Shown piece by piece: positions 1-8,544 of a stretch of 64,000 nucleotides of DNA. Under the pieces are notes generated by a model, which saw only the letters and a list, made by a program, of their open reading frames with translations, was not told the origin of the DNA and ran no database searches. Origin of the DNA: Verrucomicrobiaceae bacterium (GTDB lineage Bacteria; Pseudomonadota; Gammaproteobacteria; Pseudomonadales; CAMLJR01); NCBI GenBank assembly GCA_028293825.1, contig JAQGNY010000010.1, positions 384,008 to 448,007 on the forward strand, in the 5' to 3' direction. Both the position numbers and the translations under genes were made by a program. How positions within the stretch are numbered: position 1 is the stretch's first letter; the number at the start of each line of letters is the position of its first letter.

Positions 1-635
1 GTATTCCCGAACAACAGAAAATGCTGGCTCTGCTTGCCACTGGTTCGCGTTTCACAGAATCTTGGTCGGCGAAATCTGAGCAAATAGATTTTTACGATGT
101 GAAAGGCGATGTCGAGGCATTGCTTAAGTTGGCGCGTATCGATGAAGTCTCCTTTGCTCCGGCTTCTCATCCAGCGCTGCATCCCGGCCAGAGCGCGGCA
201 ATTCGGGTCGGTGAAAATACGATTGGTTGGGTCGGCGCTTTACATCCGCACATTCAAGCCAAGCTTGATCTGTCGATGCCCGTGTATTTGGCCGAAGTGC
301 AATGGTCTGCGATCGCCAGCGGCGAATTGTCCCGATTTGCGGAGTTATCGAAATTTCCTGAAGTGCGCCGCGATGTCGCAGTGCTGGTTGAGCGTGATGT
401 GTTAGCTGCGACCTTGCTTGATGCAGCTCGGCACGCGGCGGGTGAATTGCTTCGAGACCTCACGCTTTTTGACGTTTATCAAGGCAAAGGTATTGATCCG
501 CAAAGAAAAAGTTTAGCGTTTGGCTTGACGTTCCAGCATACATCACGCACTCTTACCGAAGATGAAATCAACGCTGCGGTTGAATCCGTGGTCAACGTTC
601 TGAAAACGCGCTTCGCGGCGGAGTTAAGGAATTAG
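1..635 (+). CDS. pheT: phenylalanine--tRNA ligase beta subunit, C-terminal part (5' end outside window)
   Basis: Frame is open from the window edge (same frame as ORF 21..635). The C-terminal sequence '...[38 protein letters not shown]...' is typical of the PheT anticodon-binding/FDX-ACB end. ihfA follows 2 nt later, the classical pheST-ihfA arrangement. Confidence 0.9.
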   Translation, partial: IPEQQKMLALLATGSRFTESWSAKSEQIDFYDVKGDVEALLKLARIDEVSFAPASHPALHPGQSAAIRVGENTIGWVGALHPHIQAKLDLSMPVYLAEVQWSAIASGELSRFAELSKFPEVRRDVAVLVERDVLAATLLDAARHAAGELLRDLTLFDVYQGKGIDPQRKSLAFGLTFQHTSRTLTEDEINAAVESVVNVLKTRFAAELRN

Positions 636-637
636 TA

Positions 638-940
638 ATGACGGCTCTCACCAAAGCCGAAATGGCTGAAAAGCTTTTTGAAGAGCTCGGGCTGAATAAG
701 CGCGAGGCCAAAGAGCTGGTCGAGATTTTTTTCGAAGAGATTCGCACCTGCCTCGAAAACAACGAGCACGTCAAGTTGTCAGGTTTTGGCAACTTCGATT
801 TGCGCGACAAAAGCCAGCGGCCGGGACGTAATCCAAAAACCGGTGAGGAAATCCCGATTTCCGCGCGCCGTGTTGTCACCTTTCGGCCGGGTCAAAAACT
901 AAAAGCCAGAGTAGAGGCCTATGCTGGAACCAAGCCATAA
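638..940 (+). CDS. ihfA: integration host factor subunit alpha
   Basis: 100 aa with '[33 protein letters not shown]...[43 protein letters not shown]', a canonical IHF-alpha/HU-fold sequence. It sits directly after pheT. Confidence 0.95.
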   Translation: MTALTKAEMAEKLFEELGLNKREAKELVEIFFEEIRTCLENNEHVKLSGFGNFDLRDKSQRPGRNPKTGEEIPISARRVVTFRPGQKLKARVEAYAGTKP

Positions 941-1277
941 CGATGAATTGCCAGTAATTCCGGCCAAGCGCTATTTCACCATTGGTGAAGTGAGTGAATT
1001 GTGCAGCGTAAAGCCCCATGTGCTGCGTTATTGGGAGCAAGAGTTTCCACAATTAAAGCCGGTTAAGCGTCGTGGTAATCGTCGCTATTATCAGCGTCAG
1101 GATGTATTGCTGATTCGGCAGATTCGCAGTTTGCTTTACGAGCAAGGCTATACAATCGGTGGAGCGCGCCAGCGCATGACCGATGGGCACGAAAATGCCG
1201 ATGAAATTCAATACGCCAATCTGATCAAGCAGATGATTGTCGAGCTTGAAGATGTTCTAAAAGTTTTGCAGAGTTAG
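921..1277 (+). CDS. MerR family transcriptional regulator (the conserved small MerR-like gene downstream of ihfA)
   Basis: 118 aa with the N-terminal HTH '[45 protein letters not shown]'. It overlaps the ihfA end by 20 nt, and the synteny ihfA-merR-like-tRNA-Pro is known from pseudomonads. Confidence 0.85.
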   Translation: MLEPSHNDELPVIPAKRYFTIGEVSELCSVKPHVLRYWEQEFPQLKPVKRRGNRRYYQRQDVLLIRQIRSLLYEQGYTIGGARQRMTDGHENADEIQYANLIKQMIVELEDVLKVLQS

Positions 1278-1363
1278 TTCACGAACTCCCATTCCGTGAG
1301 TTAAAATGGCGCCGCCTCGCGGCGTATGACTTTCGCAATTCTAGTAATACTTCGCAAGATCAT

Positions 1364-1440
<77 letters not shown>

Positions 1441-1746
1441 TTAACATATTGATAAATATAGGTATTTACCAATAAATTTACATCCCGGCGCACCCCCAGC
1501 TGCTGGAATCCATCTAAAAATTAGGTGTGCTCTATCAATCGCTTGATGGATTTGTTTAAAAAGTACCCAAATCACCTATTCCCCATATTTTCCCCATCGC
1601 AGCGGGTCGGCAGGTTTACGTTAAGTCGTCGCTGATCCTGCCGACCCTGTCACTACGGTGCCTTAGTTTTTTCCGGGCATCGGGTTTACATCGCGCGCCA
1701 CATAGTTTGCTACCTCATGTCTGCCGTTAACCGTGACTGGCTTTTG

Positions 1747-2124
1747 TTAGGGCGAGCGTTGCTGCGCCGGTGTCATCTTTCCATCGGCAATGGCTTGATC
1801 GATCAGTGGGGTAATTGCCGCTTCGCGTTTGCCGGACCGTTCGCTATTGAGCCCGGTTTGCAATTCGTATCTCTCGCGAGCACTAAATCGTGATCTGCGC
1901 GGGGAACAAATTTTTCGGGCGACGGCGATTGCGCTGAATTCAACGCGGTCTAATATATGCTTTTTTATTTCATCGATAGTGAGAACAAGATCGGCTTTAC
2001 TGGCTTCGTCTTTCAGGCTCAGCGCCTGACGAAACTGCGGCCATCGCGATCGGTAAATGTCCAGCCGGGATGAGTAACAGCCATGCCGGCGGTTGGGCTG
2101 CATCGGTAGCGGCGGATAATTCAA
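1747..2124 (-). CDS. hypothetical protein
   Basis: 125-aa ORF with no recognisable motif. It is the only sizeable ORF between the tRNA and the TcmP cassette. Confidence 0.3.
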   Translation of the reverse strand: MNYPPLPMQPNRRHGCYSSRLDIYRSRWPQFRQALSLKDEASKADLVLTIDEIKKHILDRVEFSAIAVARKICSPRRSRFSARERYELQTGLNSERSGKREAAITPLIDQAIADGKMTPAQQRSP

Positions 2125-2476
2125 AATTGAGAGCGATTCGATTCATGTCGCCATTGTGGAGAGGCTGCCGGCGTTCCGGTTCAAATCTTTGAGTGCTTTT
2201 GAGCGACGGTGTGTAGCCGCTTCACCTTACAAATCGGCTAAAAAGCGTATAGGTGACAGAAAAATCAGAATTGTGCGCGCACTGGCCAACATTACTTCTG
2301 CCTGAGCTAATATTCGGACATTAATTATTTCTCGCGATACTTAGATTGGCCGTACGTGCAAATAGAAGGGTAGAGGTATGCCTATAGCATGGCTGGAGCC
2401 GACGAAGAATAACAAATACGCTGCTATTCTCGATAACTAGCGCGGCTGATCGGTCAGTTTTATTAAGGGATATTCT

Positions 2477-3307
2477 ATGGAAAGCCATGAATTTGGTGGA
2501 GGTTGGACGGAACTAAAGCTCGATCTGTTAGAGAAATATTTGAAGGCCTACGGCATAGCGCTTAAAAATCAGAACTTCAAGCTGATCTATATTGATGCCT
2601 TCGCGGGGACTGGAGAAAGCCGCACTAAGGGCGAAAACGGGCATGATATGGAAGGGTCTGCACTCAGAGCTTTAAATTCGGAAGGCTTCTCTTCGTTTAT
2701 TTTTATCGAAGAAAACAAAAAGCGGTTTGCTAAGTTAAAAGCGCTTTGCGCAAGACCCGAACATTTGGAAAAAGATATCCATCTCTTTGCTGGGGACGCC
2801 AATCATATTCTGCGGGATTTTCTGAAAACCTTTGATTCAAGAGCGTGGCGCGCGGTGGTTTTTTTAGATCCCTACGGATTGAGTGTTAACTGGGAAACCC
2901 TTGAAGCTATAGCAGCAACTCATGCTATTGATGTTTGGTACCTATTTTCGATCAGTGGATTAGCGCGCAATGCTGCGAATAGGTGGGTGGCTGTAGACTC
3001 TGGAAAAGAAGCTGCAATTGATCGTGCACTTGGAACTCCAGAGTGGAGATCAGCCTTCTACAGTGATACAGGCCAAGGTAATTTGTTCGATTCTGACCCA
3101 CATGTCATAAGACACGCAGACATTGACGATTTAGAGCTCTATGTCAGAGCGCGTTTGAAAGTTCTTTTTCCCGAAGTCCTTTTACCAGTGAGACTACCGA
3201 AACGTGGAAGCCCGCTATACAGCTTGTTCTTTGCAATTGCCAACAAGTCACCTGCAGCAATTGGGTTAGCGAAGAACATAGCTGGCCATATTATTGACCA
3301 CGCTTAG
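2477..3307 (+). CDS. tcmP: three-Cys-motif partner protein TcmP (TIGR04474-like)
   Basis: 276 aa. Motifs are 'WTELKLDLLEKYLKAY', 'LIYIDAFAGTGES' and 'AVVFLDPYGLSVNW'. An AAGGGA box lies 7 nt upstream of the ATG. It lies next to a DUF5131 three-Cys gene, which is the defining context of the family. Assignment is from memory of the family pattern. Confidence 0.7.
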   Translation: MESHEFGGGWTELKLDLLEKYLKAYGIALKNQNFKLIYIDAFAGTGESRTKGENGHDMEGSALRALNSEGFSSFIFIEENKKRFAKLKALCARPEHLEKDIHLFAGDANHILRDFLKTFDSRAWRAVVFLDPYGLSVNWETLEAIAATHAIDVWYLFSISGLARNAANRWVAVDSGKEAAIDRALGTPEWRSAFYSDTGQGNLFDSDPHVIRHADIDDLELYVRARLKVLFPEVLLPVRLPKRGSPLYSLFFAIANKSPAAIGLAKNIAGHIIDHA

Positions 3308-3701
3308 CTATATCATCAGAGTTGGTATCAATGGCCTAGAGTTCTATGTCCGGCCTGATATATCACGACCAACCTTTGTTTTGCTGTGCGGTACGCAGTC
3401 ATGGATCGAGCTTTTTCATCGTTTGAGAAAGAAGCCTGCGCCTTGTCTGGATATCGCTTCCATTCCCTCGAAAAGTCCACAAACTGGGCGCAAGCTTAGT
3501 GTTGCGTGGCTTGTCGCGGATGAGGGCATAGCTGAACTTCGATAACCCGCCACGTGCCTAATAGAATTGATCATTGCAGGACAACGCAGGACTATCCAAG
3601 CAGAAGTAGGGCAGTCAATTATTGGCGGTGCAATTTAACAGTGGCGCTATAGGTTTTCTTGGAGCACGTTGGCTCATATAATGCTGTATGTATAACCAGC
3701 T

Positions 3702-4460
3702 ATGGATGATTTTGTGGCTACTAAAAGCAAGATTGAGTGGACTGAGCAAACTTGGAATCCAGTTACGGGCTGCACCAAAGTATCTCCGGGCTGCAAGAAC
3801 TGCTATGCGGAAGGCATGGCTCATCGGCTGCAAGCCATGGGCACGCCCGGTTATGAGAAGGGTTTTGATAAAATCACGCTTCTTCCTGAGCGGCTGAATC
3901 AGCCAGTTAAGCGCAAGCAGCCTACGTTATATTTTGTCAACTCAATGAGCGACCTCTTTCACGAGAGAGTGCCAGACTCTTTTATTGATGAGATATTTCT
4001 CGTCATTGCAGATACACCGCATCATTCGTATCAGATATTGACTAAGCGCGCCGAACGCATGCACGCATATTTCATGAATCGGTCGGTTCCGGATAACGCC
4101 TGGCTTGGAGTTTCTGTCGAAGATAAAAATTACGGCAAGCCACGCATACCCTACCTGCAGGACATTAAGGCGAAAACCCGATTTTTATCGATAGAGCCAC
4201 TATTAGAGGATGTTGGTCGAATTAGACTAAAGGGAATCCACTGGGTAATCGTTGGTGGGGAGTCAGGACCTCGTGCGCGACCCATGGATGAACGCTGGGC
4301 TATTAAGCTACGCGACCAATGTACTGCTGCTGGAGTGGACTTCTTTTTCAAGCAGTGGGGCGCATGGGGAGCTGATGGCATAAAGCGATCGAAGCGCGTT
4401 AACGGGCGTGTTCTAGATGGCAAGACTTGGGATGAAATCCCGATGATCAATCTCGCATAA
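3702..4460 (+). CDS. phage Gp37/Gp68 family protein (DUF5131, PF07505), three-Cys motif
   Basis: 252 aa. It has the hallmark N-terminus 'SKIEWTEQTWNPVTGCTKVSPGCKNCYAE' (C-x6-C-x2-C). Later boxes are 'FVNSMSDLFHE', 'ILTKR', 'FLSIEPLLE' and 'WVIVGGESGPRARP'. Confidence 0.85.
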   Translation: MDDFVATKSKIEWTEQTWNPVTGCTKVSPGCKNCYAEGMAHRLQAMGTPGYEKGFDKITLLPERLNQPVKRKQPTLYFVNSMSDLFHERVPDSFIDEIFLVIADTPHHSYQILTKRAERMHAYFMNRSVPDNAWLGVSVEDKNYGKPRIPYLQDIKAKTRFLSIEPLLEDVGRIRLKGIHWVIVGGESGPRARPMDERWAIKLRDQCTAAGVDFFFKQWGAWGADGIKRSKRVNGRVLDGKTWDEIPMINLA

Positions 4461-4474
4461 CCAGGTGATCATAA

Positions 4475-5782
4475 ATGAGCAAGGACGAAGAGAAGTATAC
4501 TTGGAACTGGCCTTCACAAATATTTCCAATTATCGACCCGCACAGCAAAATCAAGCATCAAATTATAGATGACTACCTGCAGGCCTATGTCCACGTCTTA
4601 ATGCGCAATGCGATGATCCCGCGCATGCGACTATCAATCATTGACGGCTTTTGCGGTGGCGGTCGTTATCGTGATGAAGATGGTTCCATTCACTATGGAT
4701 CTCCCATTATCGCTCTAAAATCCGTAAAGGAAGCAGTTTTTAAGCTGAATATTGGAAGACAATCTCCCAGAGAATTTACAACACAGAACTTCTTTGTTGA
4801 CATTAATAAAAACAATGCTGATTGTTTGAATTCGGTTTTAAAAGAACTTGATGAGGGGCACCGAATCGGTACAGATATTCACATTCACTGTGAAGACTTC
4901 TCGACAATATTGCCGCGCATACTTCCTAAAGTAAGAGCATTTGGTGATAGAGCTATTTTTCTCCTTGATCAGTACGCATATGGCGATGTGCCATTTGATG
5001 ACATTCAAACGATATTTAGGACAGTTAAAAATGCTGAGGTTTTGCTGACATTTAACATCGATGCGCTCATAACTTATTTGTCGGACAAACCCAGGAATAG
5101 GAAGGCGATAGCTAATATCGGTCTCGAAAGGCATATACCATGGGAAGATCTTAAATCTATTAAGGTTTCACATAAGCATGAATGGCAATATTTGATCCAG
5201 CGGTATTTGTCGAAAGGAATACTGGAAGAAAGCGGCGCCGAATTCATGACAATATTTTTTGTGACTCCCCTAGGTAAAAACTCAAGAACTTATTGGTTTA
5301 TTCATCTTGCAAACAGTTATCGCGCAAACGAGGTTATGAAATCGATACATTGGCAGTATGGGAATAATTTTTCCCATTCTTTATCCCCGTCACTTTTCGT
5401 TGGGTACGATGCCAATCGAGATATCAATGTTACTGACCAGCATGACCTTTCTCTAGGTGAAGAGCATCATTTTGACGGCGTTACGAGCCAGCGAATTCAA
5501 GCGGAGCTTTCTGAAATATTGCCAAGAGCAATTTATGAAACGGAAGAACAAACGTTTGAACACCTCATGCGAGGAATTGCCAATTTTACGATGGCCAATG
5601 AAGAGATAGTGAAGGGCTCACTTGAGGCTGTGATTGCAAGCGGTGATGTAGAAGTAAAGGATAAGACCGGCAAAACAATCCGTCGCAAAAGCTCTAGTAT
5701 TATCGGTTCCGACAGAATCGTAGCTTCCCCACAGAGGCCGCTGTTTTTTCTGCCAAGAACATTCAAAATCAAAAAGGACTGA
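4475..5782 (+). CDS. TcmP-like protein with long C-terminal extension
   Basis: 435 aa, starting 14 nt after the DUF5131 stop. The N-terminal ~230 aa repeat the TcmP pattern ('HSKIKHQIIDDYLQAY', 'LSIIDGFCGGGRY', 'AIFLLDQYAYGDVPF', 'EVLLTFNIDALITYL'). The last ~200 aa have no motif I recognise. Confidence 0.6.
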   Translation: MSKDEEKYTWNWPSQIFPIIDPHSKIKHQIIDDYLQAYVHVLMRNAMIPRMRLSIIDGFCGGGRYRDEDGSIHYGSPIIALKSVKEAVFKLNIGRQSPREFTTQNFFVDINKNNADCLNSVLKELDEGHRIGTDIHIHCEDFSTILPRILPKVRAFGDRAIFLLDQYAYGDVPFDDIQTIFRTVKNAEVLLTFNIDALITYLSDKPRNRKAIANIGLERHIPWEDLKSIKVSHKHEWQYLIQRYLSKGILEESGAEFMTIFFVTPLGKNSRTYWFIHLANSYRANEVMKSIHWQYGNNFSHSLSPSLFVGYDANRDINVTDQHDLSLGEEHHFDGVTSQRIQAELSEILPRAIYETEEQTFEHLMRGIANFTMANEEIVKGSLEAVIASGDVEVKDKTGKTIRRKSSSIIGSDRIVASPQRPLFFLPRTFKIKKD

Positions 5783-5928
5783 GGACTAAATAAAAATTTC
5801 AAGGCTAATGGAACCAAGGTTGGTATTGAATTGAACCGGCGAATCCACGAATCATTAACCACTGCCCTATACATAGTAGCTCTGCGCACTTCCGTCACTG
5901 TCATGGGTGGTATATTTTGGAGTGCACG

Positions 5929-6516
5929 ATGACGCTCTTTGATTTCTATGTAAGCTTGCGAAAGCACTTGTTGGATCAAATATCAGGTGTGGAGAACGCT
6001 AACACCAATTTGTACTGGGACGACACAACACCAAACTCCACGACCAAACGCCAGTTAGTGGCATTGCTCGATAAATACACCCTCCTTTCAAATAAGTTCG
6101 GTGTGTTTGTAGTTACTAGATACTCTCGGTGCGCAATCGAGTGGCATGTTAATTTTCCGACTGAAAACCGTTACGGTATATCTATAGATTATAAAGATCC
6201 GAGATTCGTCTGGAACGGCGATCAGTTGTTTCAAGGTGAAAGGTTATCAATTTGTCCCTGCTCTACAGATAACAAACTTTGCAGCAACCAAGTCATTGAC
6301 GATTTAATTTACGACACAGAATCAAACCATCTTGAATGCGAAAGAATTTTTCTAATTCTTCAAGATATCGCCAGCAGTATAGTTAAATCCGATAGTAATA
6401 TGCGTCGCTCAGGTATACGTGAGCATTTATTAAGAGCGGTTCTGCGAATTAATGACTCATTGTTACCGCAACCCATTGAAGAGTATATTTCGGAGGTTCA
6501 GAGAAAAAACAAATAG
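5929..6516 (+). CDS. hypothetical protein (last gene of the TcmP cassette)
   Basis: AT-rich ORF on the same strand. GGAG lies 6 nt upstream of the ATG at 5929 (the ORF track starts at 5917). It has several Cys ('SICPCSTDNKLCSNQ...LECERIF') but no family is recognised. Confidence 0.4.
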   Translation: MTLFDFYVSLRKHLLDQISGVENANTNLYWDDTTPNSTTKRQLVALLDKYTLLSNKFGVFVVTRYSRCAIEWHVNFPTENRYGISIDYKDPRFVWNGDQLFQGERLSICPCSTDNKLCSNQVIDDLIYDTESNHLECERIFLILQDIASSIVKSDSNMRRSGIREHLLRAVLRINDSLLPQPIEEYISEVQRKNK

Positions 6517-6552
6517 CTACCGCACGCTACAATGCATGCTCATGCCGAGCTT

Positions 6553-6789
6553 TTATTTCGCTAAAAATGACGTCGGCACTTTGGCCAAAATAGCGATTGA
6601 GTACACGGTTGTACTGGTTGATGCCATGGACGCATCATCAATCAGGCTGCAATTCTCGTAGACCTCATCCATCCGCTCGGCCAGTGCGGCCAGCCAGCTG
6701 GCGCCACTTTCTATGACGGCGAGCTGCGTTTTCGGGTTGCGATCAAGCACGCCGCCGGCGACCAAATAGGTTAAGTTGCGCGGCTTCAT
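6553..6789 (-). pseudogene. amidohydrolase-2 (PF04909-like) gene fragment
   Basis: 'LVAGGVLDRNPKTQLAVIESGASWLAALAERMDEVYE' matches the central 'GVFDRFPxLKxVxxExGxGWLPxxxxRxD' block of metal-dependent amidohydrolases. The N-terminal half is missing (replaced by the crotonase gene in another frame). The C-terminal part is cut at the islet edge. Confidence 0.5.
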
Positions 6790-7426
6790 GCAGCGTGCGT
6801 TTGGTCAATCGATTCGCAACGGGCGATAACTCGCATAAACTCTGCGCCCATTGCATCGCGCGCTCGTGCAGTTGCTCTTCGGCAACGACTTCATTGACCA
6901 GGCCAAATTCGAGGCATTGCGTCGACGTTAAACTGCCCGCTTCAATCATCAACCGATAGGCGCGTTTATAGCCAAGCGCGCGCACCAACTCCCACGTCAG
7001 TCCGCCGTCGGGTATTAATGCAATTTTGCTGAATGCTAATTGCAGGTATGCGGTCTCAGTCATGAGCGCAAGATCGGCGGCGGTGACGAGCGCACAACCA
7101 ATACCTGCCGCTGCGCCGTTAAATGCGACCATCACCACTTTTTCCATGCGCTGAATAGTGGAAAAAATGGGCGCGTATTCGCGCATGACCAGCGCTTCGA
7201 TGTTTTTTTTGCTGCCTTCTTTCAAATCGGCGCCGGCGCAGAATGTTTTGCCATTTGCCATTAATACGACTACGCGAATAGCTTCGTTTTGCTCGACCTC
7301 CTGTAACGTATCGAGCAAATCTTTTCGCAAGGTCGCGTTAAATGCGTTGCGGGCCTCGGGGCGATTCAACGTCACAACGGCAATCTGATTTTTATAATCC
7401 AGTGAGACAGTTTTTTGCGCGTTCAT
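6743..7426 (-). CDS. enoyl-CoA hydratase/isomerase family protein, probably C-terminally truncated
   Basis: 'IAVVTLNRPEARNAFNATL...VVVLMANGKTFCAGADLKE...VAFNGAAAGIGCALVTAADL' is crotonase-fold. The likely start is ATG 7426 (GGGGA upstream). The ORF ends in an unrelated 'FGRRRRA' tail where the amidohydrolase fragment begins, about 30 aa short of a normal crotonase. Confidence 0.7.
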   Translation of the reverse strand: MNAQKTVSLDYKNQIAVVTLNRPEARNAFNATLRKDLLDTLQEVEQNEAIRVVVLMANGKTFCAGADLKEGSKKNIEALVMREYAPIFSTIQRMEKVVMVAFNGAAAGIGCALVTAADLALMTETAYLQLAFSKIALIPDGGLTWELVRALGYKRAYRLMIEAGSLTSTQCLEFGLVNEVVAEEQLHERAMQWAQSLCELSPVANRLTKRTLHEAAQLNLFGRRRRA

Positions 7427-7473
7427 CGCTGTTATATCCCCGCAAAGTGAGCGCACATTACGCGCTCTAAGAA

Positions 7474-7588
7474 TTAATTAAGTCCTAGCACCACATGCGG
7501 ACCATAGGTTTCTTCCAGTTTACTGATTTCTTTTGGGCTTAAATCAATGCTGGGTGCGCGTAATGCGTCGTCGATAGAGAGCAAAGAT
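7474..7588 (-). pseudogene. aldo/keto reductase C-terminal remnant
   Basis: The minus-strand translation 'LSIDDALRAPSIDLSPKEISKLEETYGPHVVLGLN*' resembles the AKR C-terminus ('...L(S/T)xEExxxLExxYxPHxVxG'). It has a stop 3 codons upstream and no N-terminal body. Confidence 0.4.
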
Positions 7589-7778
7589 TAATGTATTCCA
7601 TTACGCACTCCGTCGATTGCTCGCGTTTCGATATTACGAAAAACTGCTGCGAAGAAACAGTCGCGTTTCTAGAGAGGTCTGTGCGGGCAATGAGCTAGGC
7701 GGATTGTTGTCCATCCCTGCGAGCGCGGACCCTCAACATTCGCCAGTTTTTATTTCCCAATGCGGCGGCCACTCGACA

Positions 7779-7968
7779 TCACGCTCGCAATTCACGCGTC
7801 CGATCTGCAGAACTGACGAGGGCGGCCCTTTCGTGATTTAGCACGTGCGCATAAGTTTGCGTGGTGATCACGATCGCTTTGGCCAAGTAGTTCCTGCACC
7901 GTGCAGATGTCGTACACCCGTAACATATTTTCCGCAGCGGCTCGTCGCTCAAGCGAATGAAAAATATT
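7779..7968 (-). pseudogene. tyrosine recombinase (XerC/D or IntI-like) C-terminal remnant with frameshift
   Basis: One minus frame reads 'HSLERRAAAENMLRVYDICTVQELLGQSD'. The next frame continues 'IVITTQTYAHVLNHERAALVSSADR'. Together they match box II 'HxLRHxxAxxxLxxGxDIRTVQELLGHxxxxTTQIYTHVLNxxxxxVxSPxD' including the catalytic Tyr. The catalytic-domain upstream part is absent. Confidence 0.6.
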
Positions 7969-8053
7969 TTCACTGCATGTCGAAATGGCTATGTCTCATT
8001 CGTCTAAAAAGACAACGTAAAAATTTGTTGCCTAACAATCTGGATAAGTCGTC

Positions 8054-8473
8054 ATGCAAAAAATGATTTTCATCAGCTTGCCTGTCACCGATCTCGACGC
8101 GTCGATAACCTTTTATAAAGCCCTCGGTTTTGTAAATAACCCTCAGTTTACCGACGACACCGCTGCCTGCATGGTCTGGAGCGAAGCCATTAACGTCATG
8201 CTGCTCACTCACGCAAAGTGGCGCACGTTTACCACTCGCCCCATTCCGCCATCGACTTCGAGCGAAGTAGCGCTTGGCTTGTCTTGCGACACTCGCGAAG
8301 CGGTCGATGCCATGAACGCGGCGGCAGCGGCAAACGGCGGAACACCCGACATCAATCCGATTGAGGATCACGGCTTTATGTACGGCCGCGACATGGCCGA
8401 TCCCGACGGTCACATTTGGGGCGCAATGTGGATGGACCCAACGGCAACCCCAGCAGACGACCCAACGAAATAA
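8054..8473 (+). CDS. VOC (glyoxalase/bleomycin-resistance) family protein
   Basis: 139 aa with 'MIFISLPVTDLDASITFYKALGF...GFMYGRDMADPDGHIWGAMWMDP', typical of small VOC proteins. Confidence 0.8.
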   Translation: MQKMIFISLPVTDLDASITFYKALGFVNNPQFTDDTAACMVWSEAINVMLLTHAKWRTFTTRPIPPSTSSEVALGLSCDTREAVDAMNAAAAANGGTPDINPIEDHGFMYGRDMADPDGHIWGAMWMDPTATPADDPTK

Positions 8474-8544
8474 ACCTGCGCGCACGTTGCTGTCATTTCC
8501 CAGACAGCGCACCGCCGACATCGAACCGTGAGAGGAATCAGGCA

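Larger units (their letters stand above)
1441..6552. mobile_element. putative horizontally acquired islet at the tRNA-Pro 3' flank (no integrase retained)
   Basis: It starts at the tRNA 3' end, and the 2.3-6.5 kb part is visibly more AT-rich than the flanking genes. It carries sporadically distributed phage/defence-type families (TcmP, DUF5131). Its right edge coincides with a truncated host amidohydrolase ORF (stop at 6553). No clean direct repeat of the tRNA end was found at the right edge. Confidence 0.5.

Noticed and set aside
3294-3545. 83-aa ORF in the gap between TcmP and the DUF5131 gene
   Set aside because: It overlaps the TcmP stop, has no RBS and no motif. The 395-nt gap is more simply an internal promoter or spacer. 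It could still hide a small component, so it is left unannotated rather than excluded.
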